Source: Candidatus Oxydemutatoraceae bacterium
GTDB taxonomy: Bacteria > Pseudomonadota > Gammaproteobacteria > Poriferisulfidales > Oxydemutatoraceae
NCBI GenBank assembly: GCA_965218975.1
Contig: OZ244717.1
Span: 1,568,001 to 1,632,000 of the forward strand
Direction of reading: 5' to 3'
Length of the DNA stretch: 64,000 bases
Translations under genes and position numbers: made by a program
Notes under the pieces: model-generated
The model's input: the letters and a program-made list of their open reading frames with translations, nothing else
Told to the model about the DNA's origin: nothing
Database searches by the model: none
Shown here: piece after piece, positions 22,501-33,465 of the stretch
How positions within the stretch are numbered: the stretch's first letter is position 1
Layout: every line of letters starts with the position of its first letter

Positions 22501-23412
22501 TGCAGTCGGGTGATTATGAGTTTCCACTTTCATCAATATCGGCATAGCTTCTTTAACATACTCATATTCACGTGTCACAGGGTTACATTGCCAACGCATG
22601 CCATATTCTGCTCCTTGCATCACTGCGGAATTATCATGGTAGGCAAGCAGTACTCTCTCGGGACAACATTCATAAGTGTTACGAATCATTGCAAACAAGC
22701 TACGCGGATAGGTTTTACCATTTACTTCCCATACCGCATTGAAAATCTTATGTCTGCAATGCTCCGAGTTGGCTTGAGCAAACATAACCAACTCAGCATC
22801 CGTCGGTGTACGCTGCAACTGTTGATAGAACTTTGACAGATAAACAATCTCATCCGAGGATAAATTCAAGCCTAAACGCCTGCTTTCATTCGACAGTGTG
22901 GCAGGTTCGCTATCCGGCGAAATTATTTGTAAAGGTCGTGACGACGCATGGTTAAACAGATCATTTATCTCCGCTTTGAATCTCGCAATACGTTCGGTCA
23001 TCTTGTCATGCAAAATATCCGCAACTTGGGAACGCTGACTCGCATTCGATGCAGTGCCTGTCAATACATACAAACGACCATGTTCAATCCGTCCGACGGC
23101 AGAAAACCCCGCTAATTGAAGAATATCGGTTGCTTTACTCGACCACGCTGAAATAGTTCCTGAACGAGGTATAACCCAAAATCGTTCACCTGTTATCGTA
23201 GGAGACGGAATACACCCACCCAAAAGATCTTGCAGACACGCTAAATCATCGGCTGTCAAAGCATTCTTATTTTCCAGAAAATACAATGCATGGTTACGCA
23301 GGATCGAAATGGATGCATCAACAGCATATAACCGTTGATTCAGCCTATTACAAGCCGTTTCAGAGTGAACTTGGAAACCGGTCAGAATCTGCATTTTAGA
23401 AACTGCTATCAT
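19534..23412 (-). CDS. purL: Phosphoribosylformylglycinamidine synthase (large type)
   Basis: 1292 aa; [42 protein letters not shown]. Confidence 0.98.
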   Translation of the reverse strand: MIAVSKMQILTGFQVHSETACNRLNQRLYAVDASISILRNHALYFLENKNALTADDLACLQDLLGGCIPSPTITGERFWVIPRSGTISAWSSKATDILQLAGFSAVGRIEHGRLYVLTGTASNASQRSQVADILHDKMTERIARFKAEINDLFNHASSRPLQIISPDSEPATLSNESRRLGLNLSSDEIVYLSKFYQQLQRTPTDAELVMFAQANSEHCRHKIFNAVWEVNGKTYPRSLFAMIRNTYECCPERVLLAYHDNSAVMQGAEYGMRWQCNPVTREYEYVKEAMPILMKVETHNHPTAISPFPGAATGSGGEIRDEAATGCGGRPKGGLCGYTVSHLHIPNFTHEWEIDSEYPTQLASPLQIMLEAPLGTAAFNNEFGRPCLSGYFRTFEQQNDHSHYGYHKPIMIAGGFGNLRPQHIQKQAFFAGTPIVVLGNPAMLIGLGGGAASSQSSGSSDADLDFASVQRDNAEMQRRCQEVIEQCMALGEDNPILSIHDVGAGGLSNAVPELLHGAKLGGRIQLRDIPNADSGMSPMEIWCNEAQERYVIALDPQALSVFESICRRERCPMAIIGHAQTQRQLLLEDYNVSQTPPIDMPMNILLDQPPRLQKSIRLTERNNQYSSVPDVDLASAAKQVLRLPAVAAKNFLITIGDRTVGGLTVRDQMVGPWQIPVADCAVCATDFIHYTGEAMAIGERTPLGIINAKASARIAVSEAITNILSAGIQRLPDICLSANWMAACGDPNEDAALFEAVREVGEELCPALGIAIPVGKDSLSMSVRGQNKKDSFSVISPLSLIVSAFAPVMDVRFCLTPQLQPKKDSCLLLFDFSAGKYRLGGSALLQTMPTKKYLHLPCPDLDRPEYLISFSKLINWLHVNGKVLSYHDRSDGGLFTTLCEMMFAGNCGIRLSADTLGNHLLGGLFAEEVGVVIQVEKSAVVEVERQANRLGLTDCCRKIAIVQTAPKLTIYQGEDHVYEWDMETLKRDWWQTSYQMQMLRDNPACAEEEFASVRCNKLHLFAELSFDLSALKPSAMLKTHPKVAVLREQGVNGHLEMAAAFYHAGFNAVDVHMSDLLSGQASLESFQVLAACGGFSYGDVLGAGRGWAASVLFNKKLREQFINFFNRDDTLSLGICNGCQMLSQLKEIIPGATHFPKFERNRSDQFEARLCMVEVVPSPTLLLKDMIGSRLPVVVAHAEGRAVCQEMNIEQYVGVRYIDGTGQVTEQYPANPNGSLSGITGVCSEDGRVLIMMPHPERLFRSIQYSWRDDRWGESGPWLKLFCNAYDWVSGS

Positions 23413-23434
23413 AGCCGAATTACTCCGATGAAGG

Positions 23435-23440
23435 TATAAT
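23435..23440 (+). promoter_or_regulatory. Putative sigma70 -10 box for ssrA
   Basis: TATAAT 16 nt upstream of the mature tmRNA 5' end. Confidence 0.5.
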
Positions 23441-23456
23441 TAACTAATTATTCCAT

Positions 23457-23825
23457 GGGGGCGATTTTGGTTTCGACGGAAATTGCAAAACTGGAGGTGC
23501 ATGCCGAGCCGTCAGGGAAACTCGTAAAACTGGTCTGAAAAACTATAGTTGCCAACGAAGACAACTACGCACTGGCGGCCTAAACAACCGACCATGCCTC
23601 TTATGAATGCGGTGCTTGTGCCCATTCAATAAGGGTCATACACACAAGATCGCAGCGAGATATTCCGCGTCTTTGCTGTTAAAGCTTGGTGACAGGTAGC
23701 GGAATCGCCAGTAGCAACTCCCGTTTAGTCGGAAGTTACTGGTAAAATAATTAGACTAAACTAAGCATGTAGTACCAAAAGCAGAGGATTTGCGGACGCG
23801 GGTTCGATTCCCGCCGCCTCCACCA
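23457..23825 (+). ncRNA. ssrA: tmRNA; tag peptide (A)ANEDNYALAA* encoded at 23551-23583
   Basis: 5' GGGGGCGATTTTGGTTTCGACGG, tag frame gccaacgaagacaactacgcactggcggcctaa, 3' T-arm GGTTCGATTCCCGCCGCCTCCACCA. Confidence 0.97.
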
Positions 23826-23861
23826 CCACTGGACTTCCTATAAAGTCCGATAGCGTCTAAA
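23801..23861 (+). repeat. attL (ssrA 3' end plus downstream block)
   Basis: ggttcgattcccgccgcc...cttcctataaagtccgatagcgt, repeated at 41711-41757. Confidence 0.88.
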
Positions 23862-23939
23862 TATTCTTTATAAACTAATCTATTAAGGTGCTTCATTGTC
23901 TTATAGTGTATAAAGTTATGTTGTAAAATCCAGCAGCTT

Positions 23940-23990
23940 TAGTAATACTCTTAGTAATACGATACATATTTCCTGAGGAGCGTATTACTA
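23940..23990. repeat. Putative integrase arm-type sites (TAGTAATAC x2 direct, x1 inverted)
   Basis: tagtaatac at 23940 and 23952, gtattacta at 23982; matching pair with the same 12-bp spacing at 41637 and 41649. Confidence 0.7.
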
Positions 23991-23992
23991 AA

Positions 23993-25180
23993 ATGCCACG
24001 GATAACCAAACCTCTCAGTGAAACAGAGATCAAACATGCCAAACCCAAAGACAAAACTTATAGCCTAGCAGACGGGAAAGGCTTATATCTCAAAATCAAG
24101 CCTAGCGGCTATAAAGTTTGAGTCTTCAACTATTACAGGCCATACACCAAAAAGCGTGTTGCTGACACCCTTGGCGAATACCCAGTTATTACTCTCGCCA
24201 AGGCACGTTCCAAACGTAATGAATACTTAAAGCTGCTTGCGGATGACATTGATCCGATTGAATATAAGCTTGAAAAGAAGAGGCTTCATAAAGCAGCCGA
24301 GTATCCAAATCACATGCAGAGGATATCTATAGATCATTAGAACTTCATATTTTCTCACACTCGGCAAACTGCCTATCCATAAAATCAGAGCAAAGCATGT
24401 CATTGAAGTACTAGACCCGATAGCGGCAGAAGGCTCCCTAGAAACTGTTAAACGCCTAACCCAGAGGTTGAACGAGATCATGGTCTACGCCGTGAACACC
24501 GACTTGGTAGCTGCAAACTATCTCTCAGGAGTCAGTAAAGCGTTTGCTTCACCGAAAAAAAACCACATGCCTACCCTAGCCCCAGAGCAGCTGCCTGAAT
24601 TAATGCGCACCATTGCTGATGCCAGCATCAAAAAGACTACTCGATGCCTGATTGAGTGGCAGCTGCACACAATGACCCGACCAGGCGAAGCAGCTGGAAC
24701 AAGATGGGAAGAGATAGATTTGGAGAAAAGATTTTGGGCTATTCCTGCCATGCGCATGAAAAAGAAACACCCTCATAAAGTTCCCCTCTCGCCGCAAATG
24801 CTGGCTCTGCTCAAAGTAATGAGGCCAATTAGCGCAAACAGGGAATATGTGTTTCCAGCGGACAGGAATCCTAGAGCCCACACTCATCCAGCAACAGCCA
24901 ACATGGCGCTTAAACGAATGGGGTATGGCGGCTTGTTGGTAGCACACGGTCTAAGGGCTCTGACCAGCACTACACTAAATGAGCAAGGCTTTAACCCTGA
25001 CATTATCGAGTCGGCATTAGCCCATACAGATAAAAATGATGTCAGGGGTGCATATAACCATGCTGAATATCTGGAGCGAAGAAAAGTCATGATGTGTTGG
25101 TGGTCTGCGACCATATAGAAGCTGCTGCAGATGGCAACCTAAGCCTTTCAGGTACAAAACAATTGAGGGCCGTCAACTAA
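23993..25180 (+). pseudogene. P4/CP4-57-family tyrosine integrase, inactivated
   Basis: MPRITKPLSETEIKHAKPKDKTYSLADGKGLYL; in-frame TGA at 24119 where Trp is expected; shortened middle region; TRPGE, HGLR, LAH, AYN catalytic motifs; frameshift near 25107. Confidence 0.9.
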
Positions 25181-25194
25181 CCCCGCTCTTAGCC

Positions 25195-25377
25195 TCATGC
25201 TTGTTGTCTGGACTCAATCCACTGAATGACTGCGCTTTCATGCCAGCCGAGCGAGCGGGCCCCGGTCAGTTTAATCTGTTTCGAGAAATTGCCCCTGGCA
25301 ATCTCCGCGTAAATGGTTGAGCGTGATAGTCCTGTTATACGTTGGACGTCCTTTAGCCTCAAAATCCTGAAACTCAT
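25195..25377 (-). CDS. alpA: AlpA family regulator/excisionase
   Basis: ILRLKDV..TGLSRSTIY....G.F.KQIKLTG.RS.GW. Confidence 0.92.
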   Translation of the reverse strand: MSFRILRLKDVQRITGLSRSTIYAEIARGNFSKQIKLTGARSLGWHESAVIQWIESRQQA

Positions 25378-25805
25378 TCATACCTCTTTTTTTCTACATG
25401 GCGCTCCTATGTTATGCAGAAAAAATAGAGAAACAATAGAAAATCGATACACGCGTTGTTTCGGTTTTTCGTATATTCTTTAATCGTTTTGCCCCCGAGA
25501 CGCACTGATTACGTTAGCGCTTTACGGAAAATCGGTAAAAACCGCGACAGTTCTTGTGACGGGTTTCTATAGACCCCTGATTTATGACTGTGCTGTACTA
25601 GCTTTAATGATCTGTGGCGACTGCATGACCTAGTCGCAACAAGTCCTTTACTGGTATTCCAGTAAAGGCACACAGGTCCCGGTGGGGCTTGTGGCAAATG
25701 GCACTTCCGGGATTATTGCAATCCTGCGAGCACCATCTAATCAACGTTTAGCTGTAACCAAAAGGAGGTGTATCACCCGTGAAAATAAACGGCGAGCCGA
25801 ACGCA

Positions 25806-25840
25806 ACCCGTCTCTGTGAAATCTTTACACAGAGACGGGT
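25806..25840. repeat. Perfect 13-bp inverted repeat with 9-nt spacer
   Basis: acccgtctctgtg-aaatcttta-cacagagacgggt. Confidence 0.85.
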
Positions 25841-26113
25841 ACGCAGTAGCCACGCTACCGCTCGTCAAATCAAGATATTGGCAACATGACCGCCGATACA
25901 AAAGCCGACCAACGCTCCGGTGCGGCCCTTCATCCGAAAGGCATTGAAGGGTACAGCACGCAACCCGCAGAGACTTACCTGTTCAGGCGTGCCAGGCATC
26001 AGGGGCTTGTCATTGTCCATACTGTCCCCAACGGACAGTCGCAGGCTGGGCGAACCAGCAAGGCGCGACCGGCGCTCAACCCGGTTTAACACTTACCAGA
26101 ATCAGGGGGATAT

Positions 26114-26480
26114 ATGGGCAAAGTTGGCGGCAACCGGAATTACGGCTACGGCAAGAAGCTGGCCTGGACCGGCAGGAATGCCCTGGCGAACCGGTATGGC
26201 GAGGGTCATTTCAGCACCCGAGCCACGCATGAGGAACGCTGAAATCAGTTTGCTAGTTTCCTGAAACAGGAAGGCATCAACGATGCCATAAAGATCAACC
26301 GGGACGTTATCCAGCGCTATGCAGAGTATCTGAGTACACTGGTGCACAGTGAAGACATGAAAGTAGCTTATGCGCAAAACCTGCTCTCCACTGTGAATGT
26401 CGTGCTGAAAACCATGCGCAAGGACAAGGTCCTGACCATCAGGCCTGCACAGTGCGTAGGACACCGTTCCAATGTCGAAC
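26114..26480 (+). pseudogene. Truncated integrase-domain protein (Integrase_1-like N-terminus)
   Basis: MGKVGGNRNYGYGKKLAWTGRNAL..RYGEGHFST..THEER*NQF...YAQNLLSTVNVVL; in-frame TGA at 26240 and truncation near 26480. Confidence 0.7.
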
Positions 26481-26709
26481 TTCTCGATTGTATTTATTTA
26501 TAGCCTGCTTTTGCTTATTCTGAATTTGGCGATTTTGACTCTGAACTTGAGACAATGATATTTTCTTAACCATAACCTGAGTTCCTTTCTTTTAATCTGC
26601 TACATACCATTAGAATAAAAAACACACCATCTAATCTCTCTTTTGCCATCTCCTAGTTCGGTAACATAAACTGAAAACAGTGGCCAACATTGCTCTATCT
26701 TAACCCGTG

Positions 26710-29397
26710 TTACACCGAGTAAGTGTTACTCAGAAAATCCTTCAACGATCTGTTTTCCAAAACTTCATCATGAGGGATTAACAGATAGTGCCAAGGTTTT
26801 TCGCCTTGGGTTTGGAGGTATTTACTTGCGTTGCTACACCATTCTTTTGCAGATTCTGCTTTAGCTAGCACCGCTGCATCTTCTATATCTGCACGAGCCT
26901 TGGTTTCTACCATCAACACACAATCATCTAGCTCTGCAACGAAGTCAGGGACATACTCTTTATGCTCAACACCCAACTTATACACAATCTGAAACTGACC
27001 ATTGACAGGTTTAAACCATTTTAACGCGTCACGTTCCAGTATTATTGAAAAGCGGCGCTCTGTATCGGTGTCAAATTTTTGCAACGGATAAAGACACTTT
27101 TCAAAGCCACCAAATAACATCTGTTTGATCTTTCCTACCTCTTCTAATGTCTCGCGGTAGTTCTGCACTGGTTGATTGGTTGCCTTGGTATAGACCACTT
27201 CTTTTAATGGAGTAAAGCCTGCTCTAACCGTTACTTCATAGCCACTAGCTGTTTCCCAGAAATGTTCAGCCATTTGCACGTGAATGTTATCGGCAATTAA
27301 TTTACCGTAGCCAAAGAAAATATTATGCAACTCGCCTTCAGAGTATTCTTTAACATCGCTGAAATAGGCAACTGCCTGACCAGCTAGATTGTAAATCAAG
27401 TCAGCGTGTTCGTCGTAGGAGATATCGTCCTTGTCTACCAAATGCTCAACAATATAGTCCTCAAGCCGCTGATACTTCTTTTGAGGCTGCGCCGATATTG
27501 AAATCTGTTGATTGGTTTGCAGGCTTTGGGAAATCAGTTCCCGGTCTGATGGCTGTAGATTCAGGTTCCCCAGATCCAATGTGAATGGATGATAGCCATA
27601 ACTGACTTCGCCTTTAGGCACCATTACAATACGCGGAATATCAATAGTCTGCTCAACCATCAATTGCGTTGCCTTAGTTACAACAGCTGCTAAATCAGCT
27701 TTTTCTTCTTTCAACAGGGCTAGTTGATCACCGGTAAGGTGCTCGGAGACTCGTTGCACAATCGCTTTTTGTATTTTCGTCGATAAAAGCTCTTTGGAAG
27801 TTGGCACTTCAACCGGATTATGCTGAAAACCCTTGATTACTTGCCATGCGGCATCGGCAACTTGGCGTTCGCGATCCGTTCCAAAGATCAATGTTTCAGC
27901 TTTGCCCGGATACTCGAGCTTTTTGCTTGATGCCGCGTCGGCGCTGGTCAATATCGTCTCTAGGTTAGGCTTAATGGCAACACTTTCCTTGGGTGTGTCC
28001 TTTTCATCTGAATCCAAAATAATCTGCTTTATGCGCAATGGATTTTCAGGATTATTGGCCTCATCAACGATTTCTTGAAAGCGGTCGTGAGCGATAATAC
28101 TGAGTTGATCAACTGCATCAACATCAGTTCGTTTACCATATGGCAGGCGCAAACCCCGGCCGATGGACTGTTCGATTAAAGTACGAGCATTGGCGGCTCG
28201 TAATGGCACAATAGTATATAGGTTAGTGACGTCCCAGCCTTCCTTGAGCATATTCACATGAATGACAACTTCCGTTGGTTCATTGAAACTTTCTACTTCT
28301 AACAAACGGGTAACCATTTCCTCTTCTGCAGACCCACTGCGACTACTGTCTACCTGAATAACCTTTCCTTTATAGCGACCATCAAATAATTGATTTTCAA
28401 GTAAATCCAGTAATTGCGCTGCGTGTGTCGTATCACGGGCGATCACCAGCATAAAGGGTTTAACTAGTGTTACCCCGTGCTGTTTAGCATATGTGAGCAG
28501 CTCCACCTTAGTACTTTCGTGTAGCCTGATACCGTCTTCCAGCTTGATGCGCTCTAACTGTTCAGCATTGTACTGAGAGACATTAAAATTTCGCTGAGTA
28601 ACAACAGCAGGTTCTTTTACGAAGCCATCGTCCATAGCTTGCGCCAATGGGTAATCTACTATCACATTCTTAAATGACACTGGCCCGCGGTTGCTTTCAG
28701 TGAAGGGCGTTGCCGTTAGTTCGAGACCCAACAATGGATTCAGTTCATTAAGTGAGCGTACTCCTGCACTAGCGCGGTAACGATGGGACTCATCCATTAA
28801 CATCACCAAATCCGGAAGACTGGCCAGGTAATTAAAATAACTGTCACCTATAGTTTCACGCAAGCGTTTAATACGCGGCGCCTTTCCGCCACGTACTTCA
28901 GAATTGATTTTGGAAATATTAAAAATGTTAATGGAAACGGGCGAAAGGATATCGCTAGTCCCTGTCGACTCATAGTTATCACCGGTGACAATTGGTGGCG
29001 GATAGGTAGTAAACTCTGCAATACCTTTAAATACGTATTTCGCAGTATTGGGAGTAAAGTCGGTAATTAGCTTATCGTAAATAGTAAGGTTGGGGGCAAG
29101 CACAAAAAAGTTCTTGATGTCATGTGCTAAATGTAAATAGCTGACAAATGCCCCCATCAAGCGCGTTTTACCCACACCGGTAGCCAATGCAAAGCATAGG
29201 GATGGGAACTCCCGTTCAAAATCGGTGAGTATTGGGAATTCAGCAGACAACATTTTCAATAGTGAATCCAGGTCTCGTTGTTTTCCCAACATAGCAGGCG
29301 CAATATCCAGTGCAACAGCCAGGGAGCGAAGTGACTCTTTCTGAGGAGCGCGGAGACTCAGTCGACTAGTAATGTAATTAATAATCCTGAGGTCCAT
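26710..29397 (-). CDS. Type III-like restriction subunit (SF2 helicase + PD-(D/E)xK nuclease)
   Basis: ATGVGKT, DESH, LKEGWD, EQSIGRGLR, C-terminal YVPDF...VETK; directly after the methylase; start placed at MDLRII. Confidence 0.9.
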   Translation of the reverse strand: MDLRIINYITSRLSLRAPQKESLRSLAVALDIAPAMLGKQRDLDSLLKMLSAEFPILTDFEREFPSLCFALATGVGKTRLMGAFVSYLHLAHDIKNFFVLAPNLTIYDKLITDFTPNTAKYVFKGIAEFTTYPPPIVTGDNYESTGTSDILSPVSINIFNISKINSEVRGGKAPRIKRLRETIGDSYFNYLASLPDLVMLMDESHRYRASAGVRSLNELNPLLGLELTATPFTESNRGPVSFKNVIVDYPLAQAMDDGFVKEPAVVTQRNFNVSQYNAEQLERIKLEDGIRLHESTKVELLTYAKQHGVTLVKPFMLVIARDTTHAAQLLDLLENQLFDGRYKGKVIQVDSSRSGSAEEEMVTRLLEVESFNEPTEVVIHVNMLKEGWDVTNLYTIVPLRAANARTLIEQSIGRGLRLPYGKRTDVDAVDQLSIIAHDRFQEIVDEANNPENPLRIKQIILDSDEKDTPKESVAIKPNLETILTSADAASSKKLEYPGKAETLIFGTDRERQVADAAWQVIKGFQHNPVEVPTSKELLSTKIQKAIVQRVSEHLTGDQLALLKEEKADLAAVVTKATQLMVEQTIDIPRIVMVPKGEVSYGYHPFTLDLGNLNLQPSDRELISQSLQTNQQISISAQPQKKYQRLEDYIVEHLVDKDDISYDEHADLIYNLAGQAVAYFSDVKEYSEGELHNIFFGYGKLIADNIHVQMAEHFWETASGYEVTVRAGFTPLKEVVYTKATNQPVQNYRETLEEVGKIKQMLFGGFEKCLYPLQKFDTDTERRFSIILERDALKWFKPVNGQFQIVYKLGVEHKEYVPDFVAELDDCVLMVETKARADIEDAAVLAKAESAKEWCSNASKYLQTQGEKPWHYLLIPHDEVLENRSLKDFLSNTYSV

Positions 29398-29398
29398 G

Positions 29399-31123
29399 TT
29401 ACCGACTCTTCTCATCAAACAACTCTACCTGTTCTGGTTTTTGCTCAGTCTCAAGTTGGGGTAGATTCGCTACATTCAGGCTGTAGTCGTCATGACCCCA
29501 CTCATAGCGATTGAGAACCATCTTGGGAATTTTCTTCAGAGTTAAATTTTCAAAGCGGTTGACCTTGCAGCGGAATGCACTGCAACATACTAAAAGCGTT
29601 CTGTCTTTGCCCACTTCGTCAGACAATACCTGCAGCTGCTCTAACGAAAGATTTTGTGTTGTGACATAAATAAAATCACTCTCGGTAGAATATCCCTGCT
29701 GCCAGAACACTGAATCTGAAGGCTCATAGGTAAAACCCTGCAGCTTGCAAATAGCTTCCGCCAGCATTTCCGGGTTGTAGTCTTTATTCACTACCCAGCG
29801 GCCCCAGCGGTCCTGCGCCAGTAGTGAAGGTGCAACCTTGTAATATCGAAAACCACCACCACCCTGCCAGTTTACAGGTTTGGAAATACCGCCTTGATCT
29901 TCACCATCAATCACTTTTTGCAGACGGGGAATAATATGAGTATGACAGTGCTCGCCTAGTTCTACCATAATCCAGCGGCGGCCTACTTTCTGGGCTACTG
30001 CACCAGTGGTACCAGAACCTGCAAAGGAGTCAAGCACTATATCTCCTTTATTTGAAAAGTGCTTTAGTATTATTTCGATAAGCTTTTCCGGTTTTTTTCC
30101 GCTTCGAAACTCTACTCTGCCTTCAAGGCGACAATTCCCGAAACTACTTGCGAGGTCATGAAAATTTTCTATAGGGCTCGTTTGGGTTGTAACTCTTTCT
30201 TCTAGCTGTTTAACAGGTACGCCCTGATAATATTTTCCTTTAGTTGCTCCTTCTCGCTTAGGGCCAGTGAAATATCTATAGTCAAATTTGTCATCTCCTA
30301 TTCCATATACTTTGTACAGAACACCTAGACCGTCCTTTTCGTATCTACCACTAAGATAATCTCTAAAAAAACGACCTGATGAATTACCATCTAGAATAGA
30401 GCCAGTAGCCCATATTTCTTTAAGGCCATCCTTAGAGCCTTCCATTTTTTCAATCGAATAAGTTCCTTTATTGAAGACAACAACGGTTTTTCCACCAAAC
30501 TTCAATTCCTTGCCGTCTTTTTTTTCTTTTACATAAAAACAAAACTTTTCAAAACTCTTTTTTTTCACATTCAAGTTTGGTTGACTTCCCCATGCTTTTC
30601 GATATATATGAACTTGTTCGATTTGTTTGTGAAAACTCATATCCTGTTTTAACGTTTTGTCTGCATACCTGACTCGAACATACATCGTACTTAAGTAATT
30701 TTCCCTCCCGAAAATCTCATCCATTAGAACTTTAAGGTAATGCCCTTCCGAATCGTCTATGTGACAGCAAATAAACCCGTCAATACTAAGCAAGGATCGA
30801 AGTGTTGCTAATCGGTCTCTCATTAGAGACAACCATGTTGAATGCTCTAAACCATCATCGTAATACTCAAAAGCATTTCCAGTGTTATATGGGGGATCAA
30901 TATAAATGCACTTTACCTTGCCAGCAAATTCCTGCTCTAGTGCCTTTAACGCTAACAAGTTGTCACCAAAAATCAGTTTGTTATCGAAAATGTCGTTATC
31001 GGTTACCCGATACTTGGCATGGTATGACTTATCTGGTTCTTCCAGCAAAATACGCGGCTCCAGCTTAGGGCGTTTGTCTTTGCCAATCCATGTGAGTTCA
31101 AGTTTGGTTTTTTGTTTAGTCAT
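29399..31123 (-). CDS. Type III-like Mod adenine DNA methyltransferase
   Basis: KLELTWIGK, GDNLLAL, YIDPPYNTG, DSFAGSGTT (beta-class order). Confidence 0.93.
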   Translation of the reverse strand: MTKQKTKLELTWIGKDKRPKLEPRILLEEPDKSYHAKYRVTDNDIFDNKLIFGDNLLALKALEQEFAGKVKCIYIDPPYNTGNAFEYYDDGLEHSTWLSLMRDRLATLRSLLSIDGFICCHIDDSEGHYLKVLMDEIFGRENYLSTMYVRVRYADKTLKQDMSFHKQIEQVHIYRKAWGSQPNLNVKKKSFEKFCFYVKEKKDGKELKFGGKTVVVFNKGTYSIEKMEGSKDGLKEIWATGSILDGNSSGRFFRDYLSGRYEKDGLGVLYKVYGIGDDKFDYRYFTGPKREGATKGKYYQGVPVKQLEERVTTQTSPIENFHDLASSFGNCRLEGRVEFRSGKKPEKLIEIILKHFSNKGDIVLDSFAGSGTTGAVAQKVGRRWIMVELGEHCHTHIIPRLQKVIDGEDQGGISKPVNWQGGGGFRYYKVAPSLLAQDRWGRWVVNKDYNPEMLAEAICKLQGFTYEPSDSVFWQQGYSTESDFIYVTTQNLSLEQLQVLSDEVGKDRTLLVCCSAFRCKVNRFENLTLKKIPKMVLNRYEWGHDDYSLNVANLPQLETEQKPEQVELFDEKSR

Positions 31124-31143
31124 ATAAGCTTAAATACTTTGAA

Positions 31144-33462
31144 TTACTTGGGTTGATGCATGGGGTGCATTTGTGTTTTCTTGCAACTGCATTCCCAGTA
31201 GCTACCCGATTTTTCGCTAGTGGGCAGACTACCGCAGTGTTGGCAAATCAGAGTATCTGCAAGTTCAAGTGCTAGATCAGCCATTTCTCGAACATTCTGG
31301 TCAGCCAGTTCTCCCGCCCGTTGATTAAAATGACAACCTACCAAATTGCGCACATTTATAGCCTCACTGAGCTTGTTGTAAATTGGAGCCAGTTCAATTT
31401 CTGAAACTCCATTCTCATTTCTTACTATTTTGAGCACTTTTTTTAATGCCTTATTAGGTGCACAGGCCAATTCATCAAGAGTAAAACGTGGCTCAATTAA
31501 GTGTGGAACCTTGCAACGGTAAGTGCGGCTGATAAACTCAAGCAGGCTTTCGAATAGGTGTCCCGTTTTAGATGCAATGACATCTCGATGAAAGTCATCT
31601 TCGTTCAGTTGCTGTCGCAGTTCTTGGGCATAACCGTGTGTTTTCCCTGTTCTGATGCCCTGATCAAAATTCCATGGTTTTAATTCTAATAATTGAACAG
31701 GAGTTGATGGACTTCGTGCAAAGCGGAATTGATCCCGTAATGGCCGGTAATGTGTAGTGATAAACAGCTGGGAAAAACTACCCGCTTCTGCAAGCAGCAT
31801 ATCCAATGTGCGTTTCAGGTGTTGCTGGTCGACGGAGCCCAAAACATCATCTAATACCACAACTGTTCGGACCGCGTTGTTTCGCTTAGCCAGCGCTAAA
31901 AAGATACATAGCCCGAGTGAGTCGAGATGGGATTCACTGTAATAGGGCTGAGGCTGAATATCCTGCAACTCGCCAAACGCGACGCCATAGATTAACGAAC
32001 CACGTTGACGTTCATCCAGTTTTAGTTTCAGTTGGCCGATTTTCTCCTTCGGGTGAATTTTTTGATAGAGTGCATCTACTTCTTTGGCAATTTCAAGCAA
32101 GATAGTTTCGACATAAGCCTTGCGTTTAACCTCGAATACTTCAACAGCCTGTTCCAGTCGGTTTTGTAGCACTTCTGTCTGCTTAGCTTCAATGGCCTTT
32201 TCATCCAAAGTTCGAACCAGTTGCTTGATGGTGGTTAGGGTATTGCTCTGCTTTTGAGTGGTATCCAATTCTGTTTGTAACTTGGGTAAACTCGTAATCA
32301 GCTCATTGTGCAAAGCTAATCCGACCTGTATCGCCTGCTCTCGCCTGTCTTCCTCGAAATTTTTAATAGATTCCAGTTGTGGAAAATCCTGGGCAAAGTG
32401 TGATTGCGCTGCTTCAGCATTTTCAAACAGCACGTCCTCGGCTCGTTTCAGCAGGGTCTTCTTGTCTTGCAGATTTCTTTCAGCTTTTAACTTCATGTCA
32501 CTTGCTCGCTTGATGTTGTCCATACCTGCAATACGCTGATCAATTCTCTGTATCAGTTTAGCTGGCTCTATTTCTGTTTGCTCACAGACAGGGCATAAAG
32601 TATCCGGGGTTTCGGTCAAATAGGCTTTAGCATCCTGTAACAAAATCACTAGTTGTGCATTACTCTGGGCTTCATGGAACTCAAGTTCAGCTAAATGTTT
32701 CTCTGCTTTATTTAAGCTTTCTTGAGCTCGGGAAAGCTGAGTATTTGCCTGCTCATAGCTTTGAACGCTAGAAGCAAGATTTTCTACCCCCTCAACTTCA
32801 GCTTTCAGTTTTTTCAACTCTATTTTCAGCACATCAAGTGATATGTTTGCCTGACTTCTCGCCCAAGCTTCAGCATCCAAATTCTCACCCAACCCGGGAT
32901 TACCTTCAGCTTCCCATAAACCTTGTAGAGATTCCAACGCCTGAGTGTTGGCTTTAGCTGCAGACTCGTACTTTTCTCTTGCCTCTTTGTAAGCTTGACG
33001 CAGAGAGGTCTCAGAGGTTTCTATTTGGGGGATATCAAGAAAGCTAGCTACTTCTTTGTACCGTTGTGCAGGGTCCGCATCGATGAACGCCTGTAACAAT
33101 TTTCTGCGCAGCACTTTTGTACTGGGCCTGTCAGGCGAGTTGCAAAGTTTTAAACCTTTGGTGTTGAGGGTAGCACTATAAGTTTGGACTCCAAATACCA
33201 AGTCTATTTTTACATCGGTTAATGACTTCCCAATAGCTGGGATAAAGGCTTCTTTACGCCTACCTTTACCTAGTTTCCAGTCATCCAGAAAAGCTGTGGA
33301 ACCATTCCCTGCACATTCCATAGCATCAACAATGGTAGATTTCCCAGTACCATTTTCACCAAATATCAGTACCAAAGGTTTGCTGACATCAAACGATAAA
33401 TCCAAAGGCTGAGTGGCGCCGCGAAAGTTATGAATGGCCAGACGTTTTATTCTGTCAGTCAT
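31144..33462 (-). CDS. Rad50/RloC-like ABC-type ATPase with zinc-hook coiled coil and putative C-terminal HEPN plus Cys cluster
   Basis: Walker A GENGTGKS, coiled coil with CPVC, signature YSESH, Walker B VVLDD, FITTH; C-terminal LFESLLE...RNLVGCH and CQHC...CSC. Confidence 0.78.
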   Translation of the reverse strand: MTDRIKRLAIHNFRGATQPLDLSFDVSKPLVLIFGENGTGKSTIVDAMECAGNGSTAFLDDWKLGKGRRKEAFIPAIGKSLTDVKIDLVFGVQTYSATLNTKGLKLCNSPDRPSTKVLRRKLLQAFIDADPAQRYKEVASFLDIPQIETSETSLRQAYKEAREKYESAAKANTQALESLQGLWEAEGNPGLGENLDAEAWARSQANISLDVLKIELKKLKAEVEGVENLASSVQSYEQANTQLSRAQESLNKAEKHLAELEFHEAQSNAQLVILLQDAKAYLTETPDTLCPVCEQTEIEPAKLIQRIDQRIAGMDNIKRASDMKLKAERNLQDKKTLLKRAEDVLFENAEAAQSHFAQDFPQLESIKNFEEDRREQAIQVGLALHNELITSLPKLQTELDTTQKQSNTLTTIKQLVRTLDEKAIEAKQTEVLQNRLEQAVEVFEVKRKAYVETILLEIAKEVDALYQKIHPKEKIGQLKLKLDERQRGSLIYGVAFGELQDIQPQPYYSESHLDSLGLCIFLALAKRNNAVRTVVVLDDVLGSVDQQHLKRTLDMLLAEAGSFSQLFITTHYRPLRDQFRFARSPSTPVQLLELKPWNFDQGIRTGKTHGYAQELRQQLNEDDFHRDVIASKTGHLFESLLEFISRTYRCKVPHLIEPRFTLDELACAPNKALKKVLKIVRNENGVSEIELAPIYNKLSEAINVRNLVGCHFNQRAGELADQNVREMADLALELADTLICQHCGSLPTSEKSGSYWECSCKKTQMHPMHQPK

Positions 33463-33465
33463 GGC

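Noticed and set aside
23993-26480. TGA recoding (both integrases have TGA at codon 43 where Trp is expected)
   Set aside because: Housekeeping genes such as mfd end in TGA and Trp is TGG elsewhere; both genes have additional lesions, so these are nonsense mutations and the shared position looks coincidental
30515-30570. Poly-A tracts in mod as a phase-variation switch
   Set aside because: Runs of about 8 nt within Lys-rich, AT-rich coding sequence; too short to support and the frame is intact
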